Assembly (NCBI GenBank): GCA_026996855.1
Contig: JALWJZ010000005.1
Coordinates: forward strand, 3,656 to 67,655
Length of the DNA: 64,000 nt
Direction: 5' to 3'
Origin: Anaerolineales bacterium
Lineage (GTDB): Bacteria > Chloroflexota > Anaerolineae > Anaerolineales > DRMV01
The notes beneath the pieces are model-generated. The model was not told where the DNA came from, searched no databases, and was given only the letters and a program-made list of their open reading frames with translations. A program made the position numbers and the translations under genes. Positions 17,333 through 25,687 of the stretch are shown one piece after another (the first letter of the stretch is position 1; the number at the start of each line of letters is the position of its first letter).

Positions 17333-18541
17333 ATGGCATGGGATGCGAAAACCAAGGAGATTTTGCAACTGGCCCAGGAACTCATCGCCATTCCCTCGGT
17401 GAGCACGGAACCCCAGCCGAGGCTGGATGAGGTGCGCCGTGCTGGCCGGGTGCTCAAAGCCTATTTCGATTGGGCCGGGTTGCACACCGTTTGGTTGGAA
17501 CCCGAAGACGCGCCGTTTCCGGCCCTCTTCGCCTTTTTCCCGGGGCAGGAAGGGGTGTCCGTTTTGTGGTTGGGGCACTTCGATGTGGTGAACCCCGAGC
17601 CCGATGAGCGCCAGTTCCAGCCCCGCATCGAGGGCGATTACCTGTGGGGCCGGGGCGCGGCCGACATGAAAACCGTGGTGGCGACGGTCGCGGTGTGGAT
17701 GAAGGACGCCTTCCAGGCCGGGCCACCCTATCCGCCTTTTGGGGTGCTCCTCATCGGCAACGAGGAAGAAGGGGAAACCCGGCCCGTGGGCACCCGGGAG
17801 GCGCTGGATTGGTATCGGGAAACCTACGGTGCTTTGCCGGCCTTCTACATTGCGGGGGAGCGCACCGAGGAAACCGGAACCAAGCCTTATGGCGCGGTGT
17901 GCACCCAAAGCCGTGGCGCGGTGCGGGTGTCTTTCCGGCTGAAGGGCATCCGGGGGCATTCCGGCCTTTCCCATGCCAAAGCCGACCTGGCCGACCGCCT
18001 CTTCCGCTTGCAACATGAAATCCGGCGCCTGGCCGAGAACATGCTCACCTTGGATACTTCCTCGGGCTGGTATTCCCAGATTCGCTTCCCCTTTGTCTTC
18101 GTGGGGCGGCCCGGCCTGTACAACATCACCCCGGACGAAGGCGTCATGGGCCTGGAAATTCGCCCCATTCCCCAGGATGCCCTGGACGCTTTTCTACAGG
18201 CCTTGCACGACCTGGCCCAACGGGAAGGCGTGGAAATGGTGGTGGAATCTCCCGCGGGCGGCACCTACATGGACGAGAGCCACCCTTATTTGAACCTGCT
18301 ATTGGATGCCCTGGAAGAGGCCTGGGGGCATCGGCCTCCCTTGTGCCGAAAACTGCCGGCCTCCAGCGTGCGGTTTACGCCCCCGGGCACCGCGGTCATT
18401 TGGGGGCAGAGCGGCATCGGCCCCCACGCCGCGGACGAACGGCATTACATCCCCAGCATCCTGCCGTACTACCAGGGGTTGCAGGCCTTTGCCCGGCGCT
18501 TGCAGACCAATGTGCCAGACATGCACGGCGCGACGGCGTGA
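17333..18541 (+). CDS. M20-family metallopeptidase (ArgE/DapE/ACY1-like)
   Basis: ELIAIPSVS, GHFDVV, GRGAADMK and IGNEEEGE are the M20 metal-binding motifs in order. Confidence 0.8.
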   Translation: MAWDAKTKEILQLAQELIAIPSVSTEPQPRLDEVRRAGRVLKAYFDWAGLHTVWLEPEDAPFPALFAFFPGQEGVSVLWLGHFDVVNPEPDERQFQPRIEGDYLWGRGAADMKTVVATVAVWMKDAFQAGPPYPPFGVLLIGNEEEGETRPVGTREALDWYRETYGALPAFYIAGERTEETGTKPYGAVCTQSRGAVRVSFRLKGIRGHSGLSHAKADLADRLFRLQHEIRRLAENMLTLDTSSGWYSQIRFPFVFVGRPGLYNITPDEGVMGLEIRPIPQDALDAFLQALHDLAQREGVEMVVESPAGGTYMDESHPYLNLLLDALEEAWGHRPPLCRKLPASSVRFTPPGTAVIWGQSGIGPHAADERHYIPSILPYYQGLQAFARRLQTNVPDMHGATA

Positions 18542-18554
18542 GGCCGACCATTGC

Positions 18555-18590
18555 GAAGGCCCGGCGAGAAAGCCGGGCCTTTTCGCGTTC
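18555..18590 (+). terminator. Rho-independent terminator after the M20 peptidase gene
   Basis: gaaggcccggc-gagaaa-gccgggccttt followed by a T-containing tail. Convergent gene junction. Confidence 0.5.
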
Positions 18591-18638
18591 CATGCCGACG
18601 TGGTGTCGGTTGTGGGAGGGTCTGCCCTCATGCCCCCC

Positions 18639-19097
18639 TCACCAGGGCCACAGGGCCACGGTCAAGTGGGCGGTAACCAGCCCGATGAGCACTCCCCAGA
18701 ACACTTCCCAGGGGGTGTGACCCACCACCTCGTCCAGCAATTGTTGGGGTGTGATTTCCTGCCGTAGAAATTCCCGCAGGATGTGATTGAGCCAGCGGGC
18801 ATGGACGCCCGTTTGCCAGCGCACATTGGCCGCGTCATAGAGGATGATGATGCTGAGCACGAGAGCCAGCGCGTACAGAGGGGAGTGGAAGCCTTCCACC
18901 AGGCCCAGGGCATGGGTTACCCCTGTGATAAGGGCCGAGTGTCCGCTGGGCATGTAGCCATCTTCGAAAATCAATTCCCATTGCCAGTGTTTGGTGCGCC
19001 AGAGGTGATACACGGGTTTCAGCAGTTGGGCAATGCCCGCAGCAAACAAAGCCGCAATGAGGGCCGGATGCGGAATGTATTTTTGCCACCAAGCCAT
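18639..19097 (-). CDS. Divergent PAP2 / DUF212 family membrane protein
   Basis: MPSGHSALITG and LYDAANVR motifs and four TM helices. ATG at 19097 (MAWWQKY) chosen over the longer track ORF. Confidence 0.8.
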   Translation of the reverse strand: MAWWQKYIPHPALIAALFAAGIAQLLKPVYHLWRTKHWQWELIFEDGYMPSGHSALITGVTHALGLVEGFHSPLYALALVLSIIILYDAANVRWQTGVHARWLNHILREFLRQEITPQQLLDEVVGHTPWEVFWGVLIGLVTAHLTVALWPW

Positions 19098-19565
19098 GGC
19101 TGCCCCCTTGGGTCGGTGCTTCGAAGGGTGCATTGGTCGTCCTGGGTGCGAGAAGACAGGACGGTTTGGTGTCGAGGTCGTTGGCCCCAGGTTGGGGTGA
19201 ATCGTTTGTCTGCATTCTCCGCAGAAAGAATCAACTACCATTATAATCCCCTTCAGAAGCGTTTTTCGTTTTGAAAAGGCCTTCTGGGGCAGCGATGGTA
19301 TAATGCATCAGGAGCCGGTGTGCCGAGTCCTCGTCGTGGCGAACCATACCAAGGTTGCGCCGGCCTTCGTCTCCAGTTATCTTCTCCGGGCAAGGGACAG
19401 AGCACGTTGGCAGCCATGAACCCGTGGATTCCCAACCTTGCCTCTTCGCCCCCTCGCGACCGTTGCCCCGGTCGAATTCCCCAATGCATGGTATGCTTGA
19501 CGAATCCGCAAGCGCCTTGCCGCTCGGTCAGGGAGGCGCATTTTTGATTTCGTAGGAGGATGCAT

Positions 19566-20135
19566 ATGAGCGACTTTCCGCTGGAAATCGTGACCCACGA
19601 AGACGTGCAGATGAACGAGCGGTTGCGAGATTATGTGGAGCGCAAAATTGATCGTCTGGTTCGCTCGTTGTCCAACATTGCATCCGTTCGCGTGGATTTG
19701 ACCTTCAACCCCGCGGCCCGCAGCCAGGACGATCGGGCACGGGCCCAAATCACCATTCGGGGGAAACGGTTGATTTTGCGGGCAGAGGAATACGGCGACG
19801 ACGTTTTCACCGCGCTGGATCGGGCCGCGGATGTGATGGAGCGCCGCATCGAGCGGGTGAAAGGCCGACGCGCCCGGCGTCCGGTCAAGCACGCGGAAAT
19901 TGCCGCGGAACTCATGGAAAATCAATTGCGGGAGGCCGCGGAAGAGCCGCCTCGCATCGTGCGGCGCAAACGTTTCGCCCTGGTGCCTATGGACGAGGAA
20001 GAGGCCGTGGAACAGATGGAGCTGTTGGGACACGATACCTTCTTCGTCTTCTACAACGCTCGCACCAACCAAATCAACGTGCTGTACAAGCGACGGGACG
20101 GCACTTACGGCTTGATTGAACCGGAATTGGCCTGA
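19566..20135 (+). CDS. hpf: Ribosome hibernation promoting factor, long form
   Basis: An N-terminal S30AE domain (ERLRDYVERKIDRL) plus the C-terminal dimerisation domain (FFVFYNARTNQINVLYKRRDGTYGLIEP). aggagg lies 6 nt before ATG 19566. Confidence 0.9.
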   Translation: MSDFPLEIVTHEDVQMNERLRDYVERKIDRLVRSLSNIASVRVDLTFNPAARSQDDRARAQITIRGKRLILRAEEYGDDVFTALDRAADVMERRIERVKGRRARRPVKHAEIAAELMENQLREAAEEPPRIVRRKRFALVPMDEEEAVEQMELLGHDTFFVFYNARTNQINVLYKRRDGTYGLIEPELA

Positions 20136-20145
20136 ACCCGGTGGG

Positions 20146-20176
20146 GTGGCCCCAACCCCCTGGGGGGCCACTTTTT
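20146..20176 (+). terminator. Rho-independent terminator of hpf
   Basis: gtggcccc-loop-ggggccac followed by ttttt. Confidence 0.6.
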
Positions 20177-20319
20177 GTCCGATGGGCCGCTTGCCAATCC
20201 GAACCGGGCTTTTCGCGAGCCACGCTTGTTTGGCCTTTTGTGGCGGGTCCGCCCCGCTGCAAAAGGCGGGCGCCCGAAGAAGGGTCAGGTGGGTCCCTTT
20301 GCAAATACCCTTTTAGACG

Positions 20320-21381
20320 ATGGCGATGACTGGAGCGCTAAACGGGTTTTCGCGGCAGGGTTCGTCGCCTCCTCGGGTAAGTGTGATCGTGCCCTGTTAC
20401 AACGAACGAGCCACCATCGGGGTGCTCCTGGAGGCCCTGGCCGAGCAGGATTTTCCCGCAGAAGACATGGAAGTGCTGGTGGTGGACGGTCGCTCCACCG
20501 ACGGCACGCGGGAAGTGCTGGCGGCCTATCAAAGTCGGGTGCCTTACACCCTTCGGGTATTGGACAACCCCAAGCGCCACATCCCTGCCGCCCTGAATCT
20601 GGGCATTGCCCATGCACGGGGACAAATTCTCATTCGGCTGGATGCGCATAGCCGGCCTGCTCCGGATTACGTCACCCGTTGTGTGGAAACGCTACACCAG
20701 GTACCCCGTGCGGGTAACGTAGGCGGGGTATGGCTTATCGAGCCTTCCCGCCCCGATTCGTGGGCCTCCCGTAGCATCGCGGTAGCGGCCGCGCATCCCC
20801 TGGGCATGGGCGATTCCCCTTACCGACGCCTGAACCGTCCCCCCGGCCCGGTGGATACCGTGCCCTTTGGTACCTTTCCGCGAGAGGTCTTCCAGCGGGT
20901 AGGCTTGTTCGACGAAACCTTGTTGTCCAACGAGGACTATGAGTTCAACATTCGGTTGCGCAAGGCCGGGTATGTGGTGTGGTTGAATCCGAAGATACGG
21001 TGTACGTATTACGCCCGGCCCACGTACGGCGCTCTGGCCCGCCAGTATGCTCGCTACGGCTACTGGAAGGCCCAGGTGGCCCGACGGTACCCCGAAACCC
21101 TGCGGTGGCGCCAGTTGGTGCCTCCGTTGTACGTGTTCCTCGCCCTGCTCTGGCCCGTGCTGGGTGGGTTGGGCTGGGCTTGGGCCTGGGTCCTGATGGT
21201 TTTACAATGGGGGATGTACACCTTCGCTTTGGCCCTGGCCGGGTTGGGGGTGGCCTGGCGGCGGCGGGACCCCTTGCTGGTCATGGGCGTACCCCTGGCC
21301 ATGGCCATCATGCACTTGATTTGGGGAGGTGCTTTTTGGGTGGGTATCGTTCGCAGGCCCAAATCGTGGAAGACGCGGTGA
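20320..21381 (+). CDS. Family 2 glycosyltransferase with C-terminal TM segments
   Basis: VSVIVPCYNE, VVDGRSTDGT, an LDAH (DxD-like) region and NEDYEF. Confidence 0.85.
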   Translation: MAMTGALNGFSRQGSSPPRVSVIVPCYNERATIGVLLEALAEQDFPAEDMEVLVVDGRSTDGTREVLAAYQSRVPYTLRVLDNPKRHIPAALNLGIAHARGQILIRLDAHSRPAPDYVTRCVETLHQVPRAGNVGGVWLIEPSRPDSWASRSIAVAAAHPLGMGDSPYRRLNRPPGPVDTVPFGTFPREVFQRVGLFDETLLSNEDYEFNIRLRKAGYVVWLNPKIRCTYYARPTYGALARQYARYGYWKAQVARRYPETLRWRQLVPPLYVFLALLWPVLGGLGWAWAWVLMVLQWGMYTFALALAGLGVAWRRRDPLLVMGVPLAMAIMHLIWGGAFWVGIVRRPKSWKTR

Positions 21382-22829
21382 CCACAGGGAACGGGCGCCC
21401 CAGGCCTCCTGTGAGGCGCTGGAAGCCTCGGCCGGTGGAGCGTCGTATCCTCCTTTTCTTGGGCGACCTGGTTGCCGCCTGGTTTGCCTGGTTCCTGGCC
21501 AATCTGGTCTGGATGTGGGCCGGTGAAGGTTCCATATCCCTTATCTTGTGGCCCCGTTTCTTCGCCACTCGACCGGGTTGGTTTTATTTGCTGCCCTTCC
21601 TCTGGTTGTTCTTCATGGTGGAAATGTACGATGACCATCGGGCGACTTCTTGGGAAATCACCAAGCGCGGCCTGATGGTGGCTTCGTTGCTGGGGGTCTT
21701 GAGTTATCTCGTTCTTTACTTCTACCTCACCTCGGTGGAACAGAAATATCGCTTTCTTCCCCGTATTAGTGTGGCCGCGTTTTTGCTGTTTACCGTGGTT
21801 TTGACCGCTGCCTGGCGGTGGTTTTACATCCACGTTTTGGTGCAGCGTTACTTCGACCGGCGGGTATTGGTGGTGGGGGCAGGACGCAACGGTCGGGCCC
21901 TGTGGGCCTGGCTCCGCAAGGCGACCGCGCATCCCTATCACCTTTTGGGCTTCGTAGATGACGACCTGGCCCGGCAGAACGTTCAGATCGGGCCGTTTCG
22001 GGTCATCGGGCGAAGCGTGGACCTGCCCCACCTGGTAGCACAATACGCCATTACCGACGTTTTCGTCGCCATTCAAGGTCCCATCCGGGGAGAACTGTTC
22101 CAGGCGTTGCTGGACCTGCAGGCCATGGGCGTGGAAGTGAGCCACATGAACGCGGTGTACGAAGAACTCTTCCAACGGGTGCCCATCGCCCACCTGGATG
22201 CTACCTGGATGTTGCGGGATTTCATGGATGCCTCTCGCAAGACCGTGTATTACGAAGCAGGAAAACGCCTCCTGGACATCTTGGGCGCGCTGGTAGGTCT
22301 GGTTCTGTTGGCGGTCATGACCCCTTTCATTGCCCTGTGGATTTATTTGGAAAGCGGGCGCCCCATCTTCTTCCGTCAGGAACGGGTGGGAAAGCGCGGG
22401 GAGCGTTTCCAGGTGTGGAAATTCCGCACCATGTTACCCGATACGCAGCGGGAACGCGGTCATTGGGCACCCGAGGACCAGGACCGCATTACCCCCTTTG
22501 GCCGCTTTTTGCGCAAAACCCATCTGGATGAATTCCCCCAATTTTGGGATGTGCTTCGGGGGAAGATGAGCCTGGTGGGGCCGCGACCGGAGCAACCGGA
22601 ATTGGTGGCCTTGTTGGAAGAGAAAATTCCCTTTTACCGTGCGCGGTTGCTGGTCAAGCCAGGCCTGACGGGATGGGCGCAGGTAAATCAGGGCTACGTG
22701 GGTACGCTGGAAGAAACCCGTACCAAATTGGAGTACGACCTGTTTTACATCAAGAACCGGAATTTGCTGTTCGACCTGTACATCATCCTGCGCACTTTCG
22801 GCGCGGTGCTGGGTGCCCGTGGCGAATGA
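21378..22829 (+). CDS. Polyprenyl-phosphate glycosyl-1-phosphate transferase (WbaP/EpsB-type bacterial sugar transferase)
   Basis: N-terminal TM bundle, a central Rossmann-like region (VLVVGAG), and a C-terminal sugar-transferase domain (FRQERVG, KFRTM, SLVGPRPE, GLTGWAQV). The GTG start overlaps the GT2 stop (GTGA). Confidence 0.85.
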   Translation: MTTGNGRPRPPVRRWKPRPVERRILLFLGDLVAAWFAWFLANLVWMWAGEGSISLILWPRFFATRPGWFYLLPFLWLFFMVEMYDDHRATSWEITKRGLMVASLLGVLSYLVLYFYLTSVEQKYRFLPRISVAAFLLFTVVLTAAWRWFYIHVLVQRYFDRRVLVVGAGRNGRALWAWLRKATAHPYHLLGFVDDDLARQNVQIGPFRVIGRSVDLPHLVAQYAITDVFVAIQGPIRGELFQALLDLQAMGVEVSHMNAVYEELFQRVPIAHLDATWMLRDFMDASRKTVYYEAGKRLLDILGALVGLVLLAVMTPFIALWIYLESGRPIFFRQERVGKRGERFQVWKFRTMLPDTQRERGHWAPEDQDRITPFGRFLRKTHLDEFPQFWDVLRGKMSLVGPRPEQPELVALLEEKIPFYRARLLVKPGLTGWAQVNQGYVGTLEETRTKLEYDLFYIKNRNLLFDLYIILRTFGAVLGARGE

Positions 22830-22853
22830 ATTCTTTGCATCAGGAGGGCTTCC

Positions 22854-23429
22854 ATGTCGCGACCGTCCTGCGTGGTGGCTGTCTTTGGCGGTTCCGGCAT
22901 TGATGCCAACAGCCGGGAATATCGGCATGCCTATCGCCTGGGAAAACGCCTGGCGCAAGCCGGATTTGCCGTGATGACGGGGGGATACATCGGTACGATG
23001 GAGGCGGTGTCCCGAGGGGCTTATGAGGCTGGAGGCTACGTCATCGGTGTGCCTTGTAATGCCATTGAGCGTTGGCGTCCGGTAGGCCCCAACCCCTGGA
23101 TACACGAACAGCGTCGTACCCGTACCCTGATGGAGCGTTTGCAGCGCATGGTGAGCGATGCCCATGCTGCGGTGGCCCTTCCCGGGGGTGTGGGTACCTT
23201 GACGGAGTTGTCCCTTTACTGGAACTTGCTTTTGGTGGGGGAACTTTCCCCCAGGCCCTTCGTCGTTGTGGGCGAGGCCTGGCACCGGGTTTTGCGCAGC
23301 CTGTATCGGCATCTGGGGGAACACTTCCCCGATTTTGCACGCAACCTGGTGACCTGGGTTCCCCATGTGGATGCCGCGGTGAACGCTTTGGAAAACGCGT
23401 TCTTTTCGGCGGCCTCGGGGGATGTGTGA
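22854..23429 (+). CDS. LOG-family (lysine-decarboxylase-like) protein
   Basis: VAVFGGS, MTGGYIGTMEA and PGGVGTLTEL (PGGxGTxxE motif). Confidence 0.75.
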   Translation: MSRPSCVVAVFGGSGIDANSREYRHAYRLGKRLAQAGFAVMTGGYIGTMEAVSRGAYEAGGYVIGVPCNAIERWRPVGPNPWIHEQRRTRTLMERLQRMVSDAHAAVALPGGVGTLTELSLYWNLLLVGELSPRPFVVVGEAWHRVLRSLYRHLGEHFPDFARNLVTWVPHVDAAVNALENAFFSAASGDV

Positions 23430-23452
23430 AAAGTCTTTAACCCCTGTCCACT

Positions 23453-24160
23453 CTAATTAGGGGAAGAAGTGGAACGGGCCAGGCGTTTTTGTCGCCAGGC
23501 CCGCAGGCCTACGGCGCGTTCCGTGCCGTTCAACAAGCGCCGGATGTTGGGTCGCAAAGCCCATAGAATCAACCCCTGGGCCAGAGGCCCGTAGAGGACG
23601 TAGACCCAGGGAACTTTCTCGGCCCAGGCCAGAATGGCCATGAGCACGGTGGTGACCAGGGGGAGGGTCATGGTTGCTACCGAGGCATAGCCCACGAAGA
23701 ACCAGATGGCCGCGCCCCAGGGAACCAGCACCAGGATGGCCGGCCACCACAAGCCCATGGCGGCGCCAACGCAAGGTGCGCCGCCGGCACCGCCCCAAAT
23801 CCGAACTTTGCCATCGGGCGTTCGTTCGATGGTGAAAATGGAGTGATTGTGCCCGATGACGGCCATCACTCCGGCGAGGACGTGGAGCAAAGGGAGGGAG
23901 GGGAACACGAATTTAGCCACCCATACGGTCGAAGCACCCTTCAGCAGGTCCAGCACCGCGGTGAGCAGCGCGGCCCACCAGCCTGCCGCGCGAAACGTGT
24001 TGGTGGTGCCGGTGCGTCCGCTTTCCACAAAGCGCACGTCTTCGCCGGTGCGCCATTTGACGATGATGTACCCAAAGGGAATGGCCCCAATGAAATAGGA
24101 AAGGGCCAACAACCACGCGGCGCGAAGTGCAAGGATTCCGATATTTGCCTCCACAGGCAT
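23453..24160 (-). CDS. plsY: Glycerol-3-phosphate acyltransferase PlsY
   Basis: YFIGAIPFGYII, a DVR..SGRTGTTN (slightly divergent) motif, LDLLKG and GHNHSIF. RBS aggaggg lies upstream of ATG 24160. The longer track ORF extension has no support. Confidence 0.8.
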   Translation of the reverse strand: MPVEANIGILALRAAWLLALSYFIGAIPFGYIIVKWRTGEDVRFVESGRTGTTNTFRAAGWWAALLTAVLDLLKGASTVWVAKFVFPSLPLLHVLAGVMAVIGHNHSIFTIERTPDGKVRIWGGAGGAPCVGAAMGLWWPAILVLVPWGAAIWFFVGYASVATMTLPLVTTVLMAILAWAEKVPWVYVLYGPLAQGLILWALRPNIRRLLNGTERAVGLRAWRQKRLARSTSSPN

Positions 24161-24226
24161 CCCTCCTGGCTTCACCTGCTGTTGGTTTTGCCATAAAACC
24201 AAACCGTAAACAGCGCTAAAAGTTAC

Positions 24227-24261
24227 GGAAAAAGCAAGAGGGCGACGACAGCGTCGCCCTC
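24227..24261 (-). terminator. Rho-independent terminator downstream of the HMGL-like gene
   Basis: Perfect 10-bp stem gagggcgacg/cgtcgccctc with a 4-nt loop, followed on the minus strand by uugcuuuuucc. Confidence 0.55.
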
Positions 24262-24458
24262 TCGTTGGGTTTTGCCACAAATCCAGACCATGAACAGGGC
24301 GCGAGGGGAATGTACGGAAAGAGAGGTGGGGTATGGTCGTGATTTGGCCCGGCTTTCCCCGTCGGCCCAAACAGGCGTGGCCAGGCGTGGAAGTAGTGCA
24401 TACAAAGAGAGGGCAACCTTCCGGGCGCCCTCTCCCTTTTTCACCCGATGGGGGGTTT

Positions 24459-25286
24459 TTAACTCGATAGGGGGGCGTACAACCACGTGTGCAGGCGCTC
24501 ACTCCATTCCCAAAGGTGTTCCAGGTCTTGAGAGGTGAAAGTGGCCTGCCGTTGGCGCCAAAGGGCCGCACCTACACACGCCAGGTCGGTATAACCCTGC
24601 CCCTGTCCATACCCATGTAGGGTGCCGTGTACCACCGTGGCCCCCTGCCCCACCGCACTCAGCGCGTTGTCGTCGGCGCAGGCGTTGACGTTGGCCATCC
24701 AGAAGCCCAGTTCCGCCTGAGGGAAGCGCCGTCGTACTTCGTATGTGCCGGTGGCCACTTCCCAGGGAAGGGAACGCCCCCTTTCATCCCCCAGAGTGAA
24801 GACCTGCACACCCGCTTCCCACAACAAGGAGAAAAGGTCCCACACCGCCTGGGCTTTGGCGGGATAGACCTGGAAGAAATCCAAGGCTTTGAACATGACC
24901 AGGCGTCCCTGACGGTGCATCGTGCGCGCAATTTGCAAAAGGCTCTGACGGGTGGCTTCGGGCAAGGCTTGCAATCGTGCACTCAGCATGACCACCGGGG
25001 TTTGGGCCTGTTGAGCGGCTTTCAGCACAGCCCGGGCGGATGAGGCTTTCGCATCTCGCAATTGGATGTGAAAAGCCGCCAGGGCATATTGAGGCTGGAA
25101 GCCTTCCGCGGCGTGGAAGCGTTCCACATGCCCGTTTTGGGCCAGCGCCGTGCCGACCTCGATGAAATCCACGTGGCTGGCGTCCAGTTGTCGAGCCAGT
25201 TCCTGGCGTTGGGCCGTGGTGAGCTCGTTGCGGGCCAAGCCTTCGGTCAGGGTGGCATCGTAAAAGCGTACACGTTTCGAATTCAT
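24459..25286 (-). CDS. HMGL-like (isopropylmalate/citramalate/homocitrate synthase-type) TIM-barrel protein, short and with a degenerate N-terminal motif
   Basis: RFYDATLTEGLARNELTTAQRQELARQLDASHVDFIEVG parallels the LeuA-family xFDTTLRDGEQ...VD.IE.G. It is only 275 aa and has no regulatory domain. Confidence 0.65.
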   Translation of the reverse strand: MNSKRVRFYDATLTEGLARNELTTAQRQELARQLDASHVDFIEVGTALAQNGHVERFHAAEGFQPQYALAAFHIQLRDAKASSARAVLKAAQQAQTPVVMLSARLQALPEATRQSLLQIARTMHRQGRLVMFKALDFFQVYPAKAQAVWDLFSLLWEAGVQVFTLGDERGRSLPWEVATGTYEVRRRFPQAELGFWMANVNACADDNALSAVGQGATVVHGTLHGYGQGQGYTDLACVGAALWRQRQATFTSQDLEHLWEWSERLHTWLYAPLSS

Positions 25287-25326
25287 AGCGAACCTCCCGT
25301 TCGTCTCCTTGCGCTTTTTCAGACAG

Positions 25327-25355
25327 AAAAAAAGCCGCTCCTCGGGAGCGGCTCC
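25327..25355 (-). terminator. Intrinsic terminator in the 5' leader of the HMGL-like gene (attenuator)
   Basis: Minus strand ggagccgctcc-cgag-gagcggc followed by uuuuuuu, about 40 nt upstream of the start codon at 25286. Confidence 0.55.
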
Positions 25356-25373
25356 GATACCTCGGCAGGGACG

Positions 25374-25478
25374 TCACGGTCCCGCGTTCGGACGAACCGC
25401 TCCTCTCCTCGAGGGAATAATGACGGTAAGCAAAAGGGTTGGGGTGAAAAGTTGCGGGGAAAGGCGGATTGGAAACAT
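25374..25478 (-). CDS. Candidate 34-codon leader peptide rich in branched-chain residues
   Basis: ATG preceded by ggaggaagagg. Translates to MFPIRLSPQLFTPTLLLTVIIPSRRGAVRPNAGP. Codons 25-29 (ggagcgguuc) can pair with the 5' arm of the downstream terminator. Confidence 0.4.
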   Translation of the reverse strand: MFPIRLSPQLFTPTLLLTVIIPSRRGAVRPNAGP

Positions 25479-25512
25479 GGGTATTCCTCTTCCTCCTGCG
25501 AGATGTGCAGGC

Positions 25513-25540
25513 ATTATACGAGGCTCCTTGCCCAGGGCAA
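25513..25540 (-). promoter_or_regulatory. Candidate sigma70 promoter of the leader/HMGL-like transcription unit
   Basis: On the minus strand: TTGCCC, 16 nt, TATAAT, about 30 nt upstream of the leader-peptide ATG. The -35 sits in a small palindrome ccttgcc/ggcaagg. Confidence 0.45.
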
Positions 25541-25609
25541 GGGCGATTTGCACAAATTTTGCCCACTTTTGATGTGCAAGGTGATGGATTCGCGTGTTGG
25601 GGTGTCTGG

Positions 25610-25638
25610 TTGACGCTTGGAATGCTTGTGGCTATACT
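25610..25638 (+). promoter_or_regulatory. Sigma70 promoter of the ABC substrate-binding protein gene
   Basis: TTGACG, 17 nt, TATACT, about 50 nt upstream of the start codon. Confidence 0.55.
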
Positions 25639-25687
25639 CAAAGACACCTTTGACCTGACCGAAATTCTTCCTCAAGGAGGAGAAGCG

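Noticed and set aside
18555-18582. Hairpin gaaggcccggc…gccgggcctt shared with 47182-47207; considered as a dispersed REP-like family
   Set aside because: There are only two copies, each exactly where a terminator is expected at a convergent gene junction. The similarity is plausibly convergence of GC-rich terminator stems.
19300-19565. ~250-nt region upstream of hpf containing a TGGTATAAT box and a T-loop-like ggtcgaattcc; considered as an ncRNA, tRNA-like element or tmRNA fragment
   Set aside because: No acceptor or anticodon stems, and no tmRNA, SRP or RNase P conserved boxes, could be built by eye. It is most simply a long 5' UTR or promoter region.
20979-21377. N-terminal 133 codons of the 616-aa ORF 20979-22829
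   Set aside because: They overlap the 3' end of the GT2 gene in another frame. The sugar-transferase homology begins after the GTG at 21378, which overlaps the GT2 stop.
24161-24571. N-terminal extension of the plsY ORF and other ORFs in 24160-24460
   Set aside because: There is no RBS and no family resemblance. PlsY-like sequence starts at ATG 24160, which has a strong RBS. The region contains terminator hairpins for the upstream gene.
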